DNA of 60,217 nucleotides, the filler included. It is 4 parts of 4 records of this genome, joined end to end, with 100 filler letters (N's around TTAATTAATTAA, not from the genome) between each part and the next. Parts side by side here need not be neighbours in the genome. Positions count along the whole stretch, not along the records: positions 1 to 17,645 come from SRR31156797_529; positions 17,746 to 38,492 come from SRR31156797_534; 2 more parts are not named here. One strand, 5' to 3'. This document shows, piece after piece, positions 9,995 through 19,207 of this stretch. The first letter of the stretch is position 1; the number at the start of each line of letters is the position of its first letter. The position numbers were made by a program, and so were the translations under genes. The notes below the pieces were generated by a model. It searched no databases. It had not been told where the DNA came from and saw nothing but the letters and a program-made list of their open reading frames with translations.

Positions 9995-10710
9995 TCCAAA
10001 AGAAAATAACTGATAAGATTCCCCGCTTAATCTACTTTGCAGGAGTAGACGGTTCTGGTAAATCTACGTATGTGAACCTGCTCATCGAGGAGTTCGCTTC
10101 TCGAGGAGTGAAAGCTAAACGGGTTTGGCTCAGGTTTAACTATCTCCTGACTAAACCGGTTCTTTTATATTGCCGACTAACTGGTCTTACTCGGAGACAG
10201 ATCCGAGGAGGACGAAAAATCAGTGTGCATGATTTCTACAAATCTCTTTTTATCGGCAATATTGTCCAATATCTGCACTTTATTGATACCTGCTTGTATT
10301 ATTTCTTTCGAGTAGTCGTTCCTCTCAGGTTTACGAAAACGCAAATTATCTGTGATCGTTTCGTCTATGATATCCTGGCAGACTTCATGGTGGAAAACAG
10401 AGACCTGAAACTTCCGGAGAAATCGATTGCTAAATGGTTGCTGAATCTCATTCCAAAGAATGCAAAGGTACTGTATTTCAAGGTAGAAAAGCATGAAATT
10501 ATCAGGCGTAAACCCGAAGTGTTGGATGATGACGAAGATTACGATTTTAAGTATAGAGTGTACCAAGAACTTGAGAAAAGTTTTGATTTTGACACCATAT
10601 ACAACACCGGAAGCATTCAAAGTATTTTTGACCAAATCTTAAAACACGTGGAAGGGAATAATGAAAGCCAAGAAGCCCCCCAAAAAATTCGCATGGAACC
10701 CCAAGAATAA
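9991..10710 (+). CDS. Thymidylate-kinase-like P-loop kinase (polysaccharide-locus type)
   Basis: GVDGSGKST Walker A and ICDRFVYD (DR motif of the dTMP kinase fold). Confidence 0.75.
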   Translation: MIQKKITDKIPRLIYFAGVDGSGKSTYVNLLIEEFASRGVKAKRVWLRFNYLLTKPVLLYCRLTGLTRRQIRGGRKISVHDFYKSLFIGNIVQYLHFIDTCLYYFFRVVVPLRFTKTQIICDRFVYDILADFMVENRDLKLPEKSIAKWLLNLIPKNAKVLYFKVEKHEIIRRKPEVLDDDEDYDFKYRVYQELEKSFDFDTIYNTGSIQSIFDQILKHVEGNNESQEAPQKIRMEPQE

Positions 10711-11812
10711 GATCCTATATGGTTTAATGTCCAGTACACCAGGTGTTATTCTGATCAACTGGGTGTTTCAGGGTATGTTAGGAATGGACAAATCAGAACT
10801 CATTTTCCATGTTTTATTCGACTTGATCATAACTGCTGTATTTGTTGCTGTGTTGGCCAACATCATGCCCATCTTTACAGCGCTTGTAATTGCCTTTATA
10901 GCTAGCCATACCTTTAACTGGCTATTCAACAGCCATTTCTGGGTTATGGGTAGATATGTCGGAATATCTCAAGTCTCCGAGGAAGAGGTTTTCCGATATA
11001 TCTCAAAACTTCAAAGGAGTTTGTGTGCAAAAAAAAGCCTTCAAGGCGTTGTGGTTATAGGTAAGCTAACCAGAGGTGGTGGCATAAGCGCGACTTCAGA
11101 TTTGGATGTCCGACTGTTGAAACATAAAGGTTTAGGCAACGCTATCAATTCCAACCTTGTTTTACTGAATGAAAAAGCGGTTGCTTTTCTGAATAGATTC
11201 CCTCTTGATGTGTACCTTGATGCCAATGTAGGACAGTTGAGTAAATTACGGGAAAATGAGATCCCGATACTTCTGAAAGATGAGGGCGGAACCGTGAGGG
11301 ACTGGTACGAAAAACAACACCGGCAGGTTAGGAGTTGGAAAGCAAGAATTCCTGAAGAAAATACGCGTGAAAAGCCAAAGCTTTGTTTGGCATGTTCAGG
11401 GGGTGGTCACCTAACCGAGGTGAAACTGGCGACAATAACTCTCGATTATCCCAGGTACTATGTAACTTTTTATTCGCCGCATCATAAACACGATAAAGAA
11501 CGATATCATCATGTAATCAATCCTTATAGAAATCCCGCCCGCTTTCTGCTTAATTTGTTGCAATCTCTTTGGGTATTCCTCAAAGAAAGACCTGATATCA
11601 TCATAACGACTGGCGCAAGCGTGGTTATCTCAACATGTTTGATCGCAAAACTCTTCAGAAAGAAGGTCATTTTCGTTGAATCCAGTGGAAATCCGCTGAC
11701 GCCCTCAGCAACAGGACGGTTTTTGTACAGGATTGCTGATTTATTTTATGTGCAATGGCAAGAGCAACTGGCATATTTCCCAAAGGCCCGGCATGTTGGC
11801 AGCCTGATATGA
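10661..11812 (+). CDS. Fusion protein: N-terminal membrane segment + Pol-beta-type nucleotidyltransferase + C-terminal PssD/Cps14F (Alg14-like) glycosyltransferase subunit
   Basis: Hydrophobic helices at about aa 45-90; GKLTRGG..SDLDVR...PLDVY NTase pattern; C-terminal CLACSGGGHL, RPDIIITTGA, IFVES, YVQW PssD motifs. Confidence 0.7.
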   Translation: MKAKKPPKKFAWNPKNKILYGLMSSTPGVILINWVFQGMLGMDKSELIFHVLFDLIITAVFVAVLANIMPIFTALVIAFIASHTFNWLFNSHFWVMGRYVGISQVSEEEVFRYISKLQRSLCAKKSLQGVVVIGKLTRGGGISATSDLDVRLLKHKGLGNAINSNLVLLNEKAVAFLNRFPLDVYLDANVGQLSKLRENEIPILLKDEGGTVRDWYEKQHRQVRSWKARIPEENTREKPKLCLACSGGGHLTEVKLATITLDYPRYYVTFYSPHHKHDKERYHHVINPYRNPARFLLNLLQSLWVFLKERPDIIITTGASVVISTCLIAKLFRKKVIFVESSGNPLTPSATGRFLYRIADLFYVQWQEQLAYFPKARHVGSLI

Positions 11813-12294
11813 TATTCGTTACTGTTGGCATCTCCCAGCCGTTTGATAGGCTTATCAAAGCGATAGACAAAATCTCAAGACACATCCAGCAAGATTTTTT
11901 TTCCCAGATCGGAAGAACCCGGTATGAGCCAATAAATATGCCTTTCAAACGGTTCTTGTGTCCGCAAGAGTTCGAGAATGCTGTAGAAAAAGCTGACTTG
12001 GTGGTAACACATGGCGGATTTGGAAGCATATTCAACGTCTTAGCAAGAAACAAACCCCTTATTGCCATCCCAAAAACATTTGACCTGGACCATACGGATA
12101 ACGACCAAACAGATATAGTCAGGCTTTTGGAAAGTAAAGAAAGGCTTGTCGGCGTTTACGATATAGCTGATCTGGAGAGAGCAATAGTGAATTTCAATTT
12201 TGTTCCCCAAAAATATATCGAGAAGTCGGACATTTCAGAAGATATAAATATGCAAATCAAAAAATGGTTTTGGTGTAATCGCAATGAGAAATGA
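11809..12294 (+). CDS. PssE/Cps14G (Alg13-like, GT28 C-terminal) glycosyltransferase subunit
   Basis: MIFVTVG..QPFDRL, VVTHGGFGS, DHTDNDQ; ATG 11809 overlaps the upstream TGA (ATGA). Confidence 0.85.
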   Translation: MIFVTVGISQPFDRLIKAIDKISRHIQQDFFSQIGRTRYEPINMPFKRFLCPQEFENAVEKADLVVTHGGFGSIFNVLARNKPLIAIPKTFDLDHTDNDQTDIVRLLESKERLVGVYDIADLERAIVNFNFVPQKYIEKSDISEDINMQIKKWFWCNRNEK

Positions 12295-13549
12295 GAATAT
12301 GAGATTTCTGATTCAGGCTGAAGACAAGAATGATTTGAAAAACGGATTGGACAGCCTGATCACACGTGAATACAGCAATGTGTTTCCTAGTGAGAAAGGG
12401 GCTGCAATACTGCTCAAGCCCAATCTTAACAGCAATATGAATGCCCTCACCGGGAATACAACGGACCTGCGGTTACTTGCTGCAATCACTGAGATTTTGA
12501 AAGACCGAGGGTACACGGATATAACCGTCGGAGAGGGGACAAACAGTGGCTTTTTCCGGGCTGGAGTGAATGTCATCAGTCGGCTCAGAGTAGATGAATT
12601 GGTCACCTATTATGGCGTCAAGTTAATCGATTTCAATTATTCTGATTTTCGAACGATTGAGCTGGAAAATGGCATAAAGGCAAACATCGCAAGGCAGTGC
12701 CTTGAATCTGAGTTGTTCATCAACATCCCTAAACTGAAAACCCATTTTGAAACTCAAATGACAGTCTGCCTAAAGAGCCTCATCGGTTGCCTGGTTGGCC
12801 GGGAGAACAAAAAAAAAATGCACAGCAGCCTGGTCAAGAACATCTTGAAACTTAATGAGGCGATCAAACCTGATTTGCATATCGTGGATGGTTTGATTGC
12901 TATGGAAGGCACCGGGCCATCATTGGGAGAACCAAAAAAAATTGATACAGTTTTGATTGGAACAAATCCTTATCTTGTGGATATGATTGCTTCAAGAATT
13001 GCAGGTTATGAGGATTTCACTGAAATACCTGTGCTGAAAGAGGCACTTGCTCAAGGAAAAATTGGTGAAGCGTTAATCAAGGAATATGAGAAGGCGGATG
13101 TTAAATCCTATGATTTCAAGCGTCCGGACGTGAGTTTTCTGGTGAGGATGACTATCAACCCAAAGATTCAAAGATACCTCATAAAAATTCGATATGCACC
13201 GCTAATTAATAGGACGTTCACTTGGGAGTTGACACGAAAACTTCTTTTCAGCTTGGGAATTTCACAGGATTTTATTGTATTTCAGGAAACAGATGTCTCT
13301 TATCCTTATATGAGGAACCCTGATTCCTGTAACGACGGCTGCACTGTGTGCCGGGATGTGTGTCCATTGGGAAATGATTTGCCTGCACTCCTCAATTCGG
13401 GAGCCGGTCGCGAATGCTTGAAGTGTCTCTATTGCTATTCCGTGTGTCCGGAAAGCAAGATCGAAGTCGACGGGGATCTTGGTTTTTTTCAACAGCAACT
13501 CAAACAGTATGATGAATCCATACGAAAGGTTTTTGGCAGAAAAAAATGA
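12284..13549 (+). CDS. DUF362 domain protein with C-terminal 2x[4Fe-4S] ferredoxin domain
   Basis: ILLKPNL, VGEG, INIPKLKTH, IVDGLIAMEGTGP (DUF362); CNDGCTVCRDVCP and CLKCLYCYSVCP clusters. Confidence 0.8.
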   Translation: MRNENMRFLIQAEDKNDLKNGLDSLITREYSNVFPSEKGAAILLKPNLNSNMNALTGNTTDLRLLAAITEILKDRGYTDITVGEGTNSGFFRAGVNVISRLRVDELVTYYGVKLIDFNYSDFRTIELENGIKANIARQCLESELFINIPKLKTHFETQMTVCLKSLIGCLVGRENKKKMHSSLVKNILKLNEAIKPDLHIVDGLIAMEGTGPSLGEPKKIDTVLIGTNPYLVDMIASRIAGYEDFTEIPVLKEALAQGKIGEALIKEYEKADVKSYDFKRPDVSFLVRMTINPKIQRYLIKIRYAPLINRTFTWELTRKLLFSLGISQDFIVFQETDVSYPYMRNPDSCNDGCTVCRDVCPLGNDLPALLNSGAGRECLKCLYCYSVCPESKIEVDGDLGFFQQQLKQYDESIRKVFGRKK

Positions 13550-15063
13550 AAATATTAGTGCTTAACCCCCCCTATTTTAAGAAATTTTCCCGCGCCCAGC
13601 GGAGCCCGGCGGTAACCAAGAGCGGGTGCATTTACTACCCCATGTGGCTGGCTTACGCAACAGGCGTTATGGAAAAGGCCGGATACGAAGTGAAGCTGAT
13701 TGATGCACCTGGAGACGGTTTTGATTTGAACTACGTTTTAAATGCTGTCAAGGAATTTCAACCTGAACTCACGGTATTGGACACCTCCACTCCAAGCATT
13801 CATAATGACATAGAGGTGGCTGGCGCCATCAAAAAAAAATCCGGTGCCTTCGTGTGTTTAGTGGGCACCCATGTATCCGCCCTGCCCCAAGAGACATTGG
13901 AAATGAGCGAGATTATCGATGCCGTTGCGAGACGGGAGTACGATTATACGCTTCTTGAGCTAGCGGGGGAGATCAGAGATCGGAAGTCAGAAGTCGGCGG
14001 GCAGGAGACTGAGGGCAGCGGGAAGAGAGATTTTGATTTATCGGGTATTAAGGGATTGTCGTACCAGCAAAATGGAAAAATACATCACAATGAAGCCCGG
14101 CCGTTGATTGATGACCTGGATGAAATCCCGTTTGTAAGTAGCGTCTATAAAAAACATCTACAGATCAAGAATTACTTTTATGGTGGGAATCTGCATCCAG
14201 TAGTTACAATTGTCTCAGGAAGGGGTTGTCCGAATCGGTGCATTTATTGTTTGTATCCGCAAACCATGACAGGCCGGAAGTACCGGAACCGCAGCATCAG
14301 TAATGTGGTGGATGAGTTGGAATACATCAAAGAGACGTATCCGGAAATGAAAGAAGTTTTCCTGGAAGACGATACATTAACCGTAAATAAGATCCGATGT
14401 TTAGAGTTCGCTGACGAGATTTTAGCCCGTGGGTTAAAGATTACCTGGTCCACCAATTCCAGGGCAGATGCTGAATACGAGACTTTAAAGGCAATAAAAA
14501 AAGCTGGATGCCGCTATTTGTGCGTAGGGTTTGAAAGTGCACAGCAAGAGATCCTGAACAATATGAAGAAGAACCTGAAGGTGTCCCAGATATACCAGTT
14601 TATGAAGGATACAAAAAAAGCGGGATTGTTGGTTCATGGCTGTTTTCTGGTAGGGAATCCGGGCGAGACCAAGAAGACGCTGGCAAAGACACTGGCTATG
14701 GCCAAACGCATCAACCCCGATTCTGCACAGTTTTTCCCCATTATGGTTTACCCGGGTACGGATGCCTACGAGTGGGCGAAGCAAAATAAATATCTGACCA
14801 CCCATGACTACCGCCAATGGCTAACTCCGGACGGGCTCCATAATTGCGTGGTCAGCCGGCCGGGCTTAAGCGCCCGTGAACTGGTGCAGTTTTGTGATCA
14901 CGCGAGAGCATCCTTTTATTTAAGACCACAATACATCATCCGAAAAGGCCTGCAGTCATTGGTCAGCTTCAATGAGGCCAAACGGAATATAATGGCAGGC
15001 CTGACTTCTTTCAAATATCTCCTCAAAGGTTCCTTTCCTGATAAGGGCTATTCCAATAAATAG
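13546..15063 (+). CDS. Cobalamin-binding radical SAM enzyme (HpnJ-like / class B subgroup)
   Basis: N-terminal B12-binding domain (LNPP...YYPMWLAY, VGTHVS); SGRGCPNRCIYC (CxxxCxxC); EDD, GFES, GNPGET. Confidence 0.88.
   Translation: MKILVLNPPYFKKFSRAQRSPAVTKSGCIYYPMWLAYATGVMEKAGYEVKLIDAPGDGFDLNYVLNAVKEFQPELTVLDTSTPSIHNDIEVAGAIKKKSGAFVCLVGTHVSALPQETLEMSEIIDAVARREYDYTLLELAGEIRDRKSEVGGQETEGSGKRDFDLSGIKGLSYQQNGKIHHNEARPLIDDLDEIPFVSSVYKKHLQIKNYFYGGNLHPVVTIVSGRGCPNRCIYCLYPQTMTGRKYRNRSISNVVDELEYIKETYPEMKEVFLEDDTLTVNKIRCLEFADEILARGLKITWSTNSRADAEYETLKAIKKAGCRYLCVGFESAQQEILNNMKKNLKVSQIYQFMKDTKKAGLLVHGCFLVGNPGETKKTLAKTLAMAKRINPDSAQFFPIMVYPGTDAYEWAKQNKYLTTHDYRQWLTPDGLHNCVVSRPGLSARELVQFCDHARASFYLRPQYIIRKGLQSLVSFNEAKRNIMAGLTSFKYLLKGSFPDKGYSNK
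13970..14025 (+). repeat. Degenerate 7-nt tandem repeat (8 units) inside the radical SAM CDS
   Basis: AGATCAG AGATCGG AAGTCAG AAGTCGG CGGGCAG GAGACTG AGGGCAG CGGGAAG; every unit ends in G. Confidence 0.6.
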
Positions 15064-15167
15064 GCTGGTGGCAATTGGCTAAGGGCTCATAGTTCCTGCA
15101 AAGGTTTTGGCAGGGAATTCATGCAGTCTCTTACGAAAATGTTGAATAAGGATCACTCGGTGAAAGC

Positions 15168-16145
15168 ATGAAATATTCTGTGGTTATTCCGGTTTATAAT
15201 GGTGAAAGGACCTTGGAAGTATGCTTTGCGGCCCTAAAAGTACAGACTGTTAGCAGAGGGAATTACGAGATTATCGTGGTGGATGACGGGTCTACTGACG
15301 GTAGTGCCGCAATGGCAAAATCAGCTGCCGACCTGTATCTGTATCAGGAAAACCAGGGCCCGGCGGCAGCGAGGAATGCAGGAGCATTTAAAGCCAGAGG
15401 GGATATTATTCTCTTTACGGATTCCGACTGTGAGCCGACCGAAAACTGGATTGAGGAGATGGTCCGGCCCTTTCGAGAAAATTCAGCCATTGTTGGTGTC
15501 AAGGGGGCGTATCTGACCAAACAAAAAGAAATGATGGCACGCTTTGTACAGATGGAATACGAAAGCCGGTATGAATTCATGAAACAATTTCAATATATCG
15601 ATTTCATAGACACTTACGCAGCGGCTTACAAAAAGAAGATGTTCGTTGAATTCGGAGGTTTTGATTCGGATTTTCCCATAGCAATGACCGAGGATACTGA
15701 ATTGTCCTATCGCATCGCTGCCGGTGGTTACAAAATGCTGTTTAACCCAAAGGCAATCGTATACCACCATCACCCCACCTCTTTTCTTTATTATCTCAAA
15801 AGGAAATACCGAGCCGCTTATTGGCGGATGCTGGCGGTAGGGAAGAACAGGGAAAAGATCAAAGGTGATACACATACCCCCGGTGACATAAAATATCAGA
15901 TTCTTGCTTTGTTTGCGTGTCTTTCAGCTTTGGGACTGACTGTGGGTACCGGCAATGTGCTATACTTGGTCGTAGGCATGCTGGTATTTGTTTTGAGTTG
16001 CTGGAATTTTGTCCGGATAGGGATTAAGAAAGATGCATTAATAGCGCTTCTTAGCCCTTTTATTATTGGCTTCCGTACCTTTGTTTATATAGGTGGCTTG
16101 AGTTTGGGCGTTTGGCGATTTCTGTTGAAAAACATTGATAAATAA
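15168..16145 (+). CDS. Glycosyltransferase family 2 with C-terminal membrane helices
   Basis: SVVIPVYN, VVDDGSTD, GPAAARN, FTDSD (DxD), ED catalytic motif, hydrophobic C-terminus. Confidence 0.9.
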   Translation: MKYSVVIPVYNGERTLEVCFAALKVQTVSRGNYEIIVVDDGSTDGSAAMAKSAADLYLYQENQGPAAARNAGAFKARGDIILFTDSDCEPTENWIEEMVRPFRENSAIVGVKGAYLTKQKEMMARFVQMEYESRYEFMKQFQYIDFIDTYAAAYKKKMFVEFGGFDSDFPIAMTEDTELSYRIAAGGYKMLFNPKAIVYHHHPTSFLYYLKRKYRAAYWRMLAVGKNREKIKGDTHTPGDIKYQILALFACLSALGLTVGTGNVLYLVVGMLVFVLSCWNFVRIGIKKDALIALLSPFIIGFRTFVYIGGLSLGVWRFLLKNIDK

Positions 16146-17563
16146 TGGTCACTAACCGGCCAAAACTAACCAGGCTTTTTGTCTCCACGCTGGACATGCT
16201 GGTGACGATCCTCTCCTTTATTGCCGCTTCCTACCTCAGGAACGCAGTCCTTGAGTGGCATCCTTTCGGGACCGCGGTCAGGTGGCAGGACCACCTGGAT
16301 ATCCTGCTGATCATCGTCATTGCCTGGCGTGCGCTTTTCGGTTTTCAAGAGGCATATAGAGGGCAGAGGTTCACCTCACTTAAAAGCGACATATGGATTG
16401 TGTTCAAGACGATTTTTTTTGGAAGTCTCATCGTTCTCACCGTCGCTTTTTTGATAAAATCAAGCGTGCCCAGGACCCTCATTGCCTTCTTTGCCGTGGT
16501 CAACTTTTTTCTCTTGCTGGAAGAGAAGATCCATCTCTACCAGTTTATCGGTTATATGCGGGAAAAGGACAAGAACATCAAGAAAGTATTCGTTCTGGGA
16601 ACAGGAGATATAGCGAAGTCATTCCTCTCGTCGGTCAGACGATACAGGGACTGGGGCATTAAGGTTTTAGGGCTGATCGGAAAAGATAAGGAAAACGTGG
16701 GAAAACAGGAGCTTGGATATGAGATCCTCGGGTATTCCGATGACCTCAGACAATTGTTGCACCGAAACCCCATCGATGAACTGATCATCGCCCTGCCTGC
16801 AAAGCATCTCGGCACCATCCAGAATGTCATGTCCATCTGCGACGAAGAGGGGGTGACGGTGCGGATTATATCACCGTTTTTTCGAAATCTCATCGGAAAG
16901 GCAAAGACCGATCTGATCCATGGGATTCCTATCATAAAGTTTTCATCGGTGGATTACGACGACGTTGCTATCACCTTTAAAAGGACAATAGACATTTGCG
17001 CTTCTCTTGTTTTGCTGGTCTTATTGAGCCCGCTGCTTGCAGCCATTGCCGTTCTCGTCAAACTGGATTCAAAAGGACCGGTCTTTTACCGTTGGAAAGT
17101 CCTGGGCCTCAACAAAAAACCTGTAACAAGTTACAAATTCCGCACCATGGTTGAAAACGCCGATGACCTCAAAAAACAACTCATGTTAAACAATGAGATG
17201 ACAGGCCCGGCATTTAAGATGGCAAACGATCCCCGGATTACAAAGGTGGGGAAATGGCTGAGGAAATTCAGTCTGGATGAACTGCCCCAAATCTGGAGCG
17301 TGCTGAAAGGCGATCTGTCACTTGTCGGTCCGCGGCCTCCGCTTGTAGACGAAGTGGAAAAATTTGAAGGGTGGCACCGCAGGAAGCTGGCCGTGAAACC
17401 CGGCATGACCTGCCTCTGGCAGGCGGGTGGGCGAAACGAGATCGATGATTTCGATGAGTGGATGCGGCTGGATATGAAATACATTGATGAGTGGAGTCTT
17501 TGGCTGGATTTTAAGATTTTGTTTATGACGGTTTGGGCGGTTTTGAGGGGGACGGGGCGGTAG
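16145..17563 (+). CDS. Priming polyprenyl-phosphate hexose-1-phosphate transferase (WcaJ/CpsE-type sugar transferase)
   Basis: N-terminal TM helices, CoA-binding-like middle domain, KFRTM, DPRIT, SLDELPQ, LSLVGPRP, KPGMT. Confidence 0.92.
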   Translation: MVTNRPKLTRLFVSTLDMLVTILSFIAASYLRNAVLEWHPFGTAVRWQDHLDILLIIVIAWRALFGFQEAYRGQRFTSLKSDIWIVFKTIFFGSLIVLTVAFLIKSSVPRTLIAFFAVVNFFLLLEEKIHLYQFIGYMREKDKNIKKVFVLGTGDIAKSFLSSVRRYRDWGIKVLGLIGKDKENVGKQELGYEILGYSDDLRQLLHRNPIDELIIALPAKHLGTIQNVMSICDEEGVTVRIISPFFRNLIGKAKTDLIHGIPIIKFSSVDYDDVAITFKRTIDICASLVLLVLLSPLLAAIAVLVKLDSKGPVFYRWKVLGLNKKPVTSYKFRTMVENADDLKKQLMLNNEMTGPAFKMANDPRITKVGKWLRKFSLDELPQIWSVLKGDLSLVGPRPPLVDEVEKFEGWHRRKLAVKPGMTCLWQAGGRNEIDDFDEWMRLDMKYIDEWSLWLDFKILFMTVWAVLRGTGR

Positions 17564-17645
17564 CTGGTGAAGTTTTGAAGTTATTATTGAGGAAATTGTT
17601 GTGAACGGCTTAATCAATCGTAGGCCGTATCATGATCAGGGTGCA

Positions 17646-17745
17646 NNNNNNNNNNNNNNNNNNNNNNNNNNNNNNNNNNNNNNNNNNNNTTAATTAATTA
17701 ANNNNNNNNNNNNNNNNNNNNNNNNNNNNNNNNNNNNNNNNNNNN
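17646..17745. other. Artificial contig-joining spacer
   Basis: 44 N + TTAATTAATTAA (stops in all six frames) + 44 N; composition changes abruptly across it. Confidence 0.97.
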
Positions 17746-18231
17746 ATGCATTAATCCATTTAGAAAAGTACCATTCGTTAGAATTAAAGATTTACATTTA
17801 AATTCAACTCCTAATTGTGTTATAACAGATTTTACTGCACCATTTTCAAAGTTAATATCTATAACAGTATCTTGCCAAAAAGATAAATTATCAGTTTGCT
17901 CTAAAAGAGAACGCCATTGAGCAGAAAAAACCATTCTGTCACATTGGGCTCGTGGACTCCACATTGCAGGTCCCTTAGATCTATTTAATAGTCTGAATTG
18001 AATTGAAGATCGATCAGTAACAATACCAGCATATCCACCTAATGCATCAATTTCTCGTACAATCTGTCCTTTTGCTATACCTCCTATTGCAGGATTACAA
18101 CTCATTTGAGCAATTTTGTTCATATCCATTGTAATTAACAATGTTTTTGAACCCAAATTAGCAGAAGCGGCAGCAGCCTCACACCCTGCATGACCAGCAC
18201 CTACAACTATAATATCGTAATTAAAATCCAT
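17746..18231 (-). CDS. mnmG: tRNA uridine-5-carboxymethylaminomethyl modification enzyme MnmG/GidA, N-terminal part (truncated by contig end)
   Basis: YDIIVVGAGHAGCEAA, MSCNPAIGGIAKGQIVREIDALGG, LNRSKGPAMWSPRAQCDR. Confidence 0.95.
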
Positions 18232-18250
18232 ATAATTATTAATAAGGATA

Positions 18251-18258
18251 CAAAAGTA
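18251..18258 (-). promoter_or_regulatory. Bacteroidota housekeeping promoter -7 element upstream of mnmG
   Basis: Minus strand TACTTTTG matches TAnnTTTG, about 20 nt before the ATG. Confidence 0.55.
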
Positions 18259-18294
18259 AAGTATCCAATTAATTACACTAAAAAAACACTAATT

Positions 18295-18717
18295 TTATGA
18301 AATTGTTTTAAGAATATTTAATGCATCATCTTCTAATTGATGCATATTTTCATTTTCTTTTTCAGTTTTATCCTTAAAACCTAGTAAATGTAGTATACCA
18401 TGTATAATTACACGGTTTAATTCGTTTTCGAATGTAGTATTGTATTCTTTAGAATTGGAAAGTACAGTTTCTAAACTAATAATAATATCACCACTAACTA
18501 TCTTATTATTACAATAATCAAAAGTAATTATATCAGTATAATAATTGTGGTTAAGGAATTCATTGTTAATCTTTAAAATATATTCATCAGAACTAAAAAC
18601 GTAAACAATCTCTCCTTCAATTTTACCAAACTTTTTTATAACAGCGGAAATCCAGTTCGATAACAAAGCAGTATCTAATTTTATCTCAGATACATCCTCA
18701 TAGTTGAAATCAATCAC
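18295..18717 (-). CDS. ybeY: rRNA maturation endoribonuclease YbeY
   Basis: TDIITF, GDIIIS, HGILHLLGFKD zinc motif (last H replaced, as often in Bacteroidota). Confidence 0.9.
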   Translation of the reverse strand: MIDFNYEDVSEIKLDTALLSNWISAVIKKFGKIEGEIVYVFSSDEYILKINNEFLNHNYYTDIITFDYCNNKIVSGDIIISLETVLSNSKEYNTTFENELNRVIIHGILHLLGFKDKTEKENENMHQLEDDALNILKTIS

Positions 18718-19121
18718 AAGATATTAAATATTAACTTTACTTTACTACCATCATTTTCAAAATCAATATCGTCTGCAAGATGATTCATTAAAAAAATCCC
18801 TCTACCATGTGTCTTTTCAACATTTTCAGGTAAAGTTGGATCAGGAATGTCTGTAAAGTCAAAACCAGGTCCTTCATCAGTAATAATTACTTCAACCTCC
18901 TTTTCACTTACCTGATACTCTAATTCAACATTTTTAGATGAATCTAACTTATTACCATGTACAATAGCATTATTAACTCCCTCAACTACAGCTAACAACA
19001 ACTTTCCATACACATCAGAATGTAATTTATATTGACTAGAAATATCATCAATTAATTTTTCAACAAGACTGATATTTTTAATATCTGAACTTATTACGAA
19101 TTTTTCCACTGTTAAACCCAT
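18714..19121 (-). CDS. RsbW-like anti-sigma factor / HATPase_c ATP-binding protein
   Basis: EGVNNAIVHGN (N box), DEGPGFD (G1), GRGIFLM (G2). Confidence 0.85.
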   Translation of the reverse strand: MGLTVEKFVISSDIKNISLVEKLIDDISSQYKLHSDVYGKLLLAVVEGVNNAIVHGNKLDSSKNVELEYQVSEKEVEVIITDEGPGFDFTDIPDPTLPENVEKTHGRGIFLMNHLADDIDFENDGSKVKLIFNIL

Positions 19122-19207
19122 TTATCGCTTAGTAATTATAACTACACTTTATACTGATTATAAAGATAAATGTTTCTTTATAACAAAAAAAACTTGGTGA
19201 ATATAAC

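Noticed and set aside
12809-12818. A10 tract in the DUF362 gene (and A9 tracts at 6179 and 13831)
   Set aside because: They encode Lys runs in AT-leaning genes with frames intact; weak case for phase variation
536-17617. Numerous short antisense or alternate-frame ORFs within the polysaccharide operon (e.g. 536-784, 3146-3487, 10177-10635, 16552-16935)
   Set aside because: They overlap well-supported genes and show no motifs; shadow ORFs
17690-17701. TTAATTAATTAA repeated three times in the window
   Set aside because: Synthetic linker within N padding, not a biological repeat
18246-18266. GGATAC-N9-GTATCC inverted repeat upstream of mnmG
   Set aside because: Only a 6-bp stem, no U-tract, and it overlaps the promoter element; not supportable as a terminator or operator
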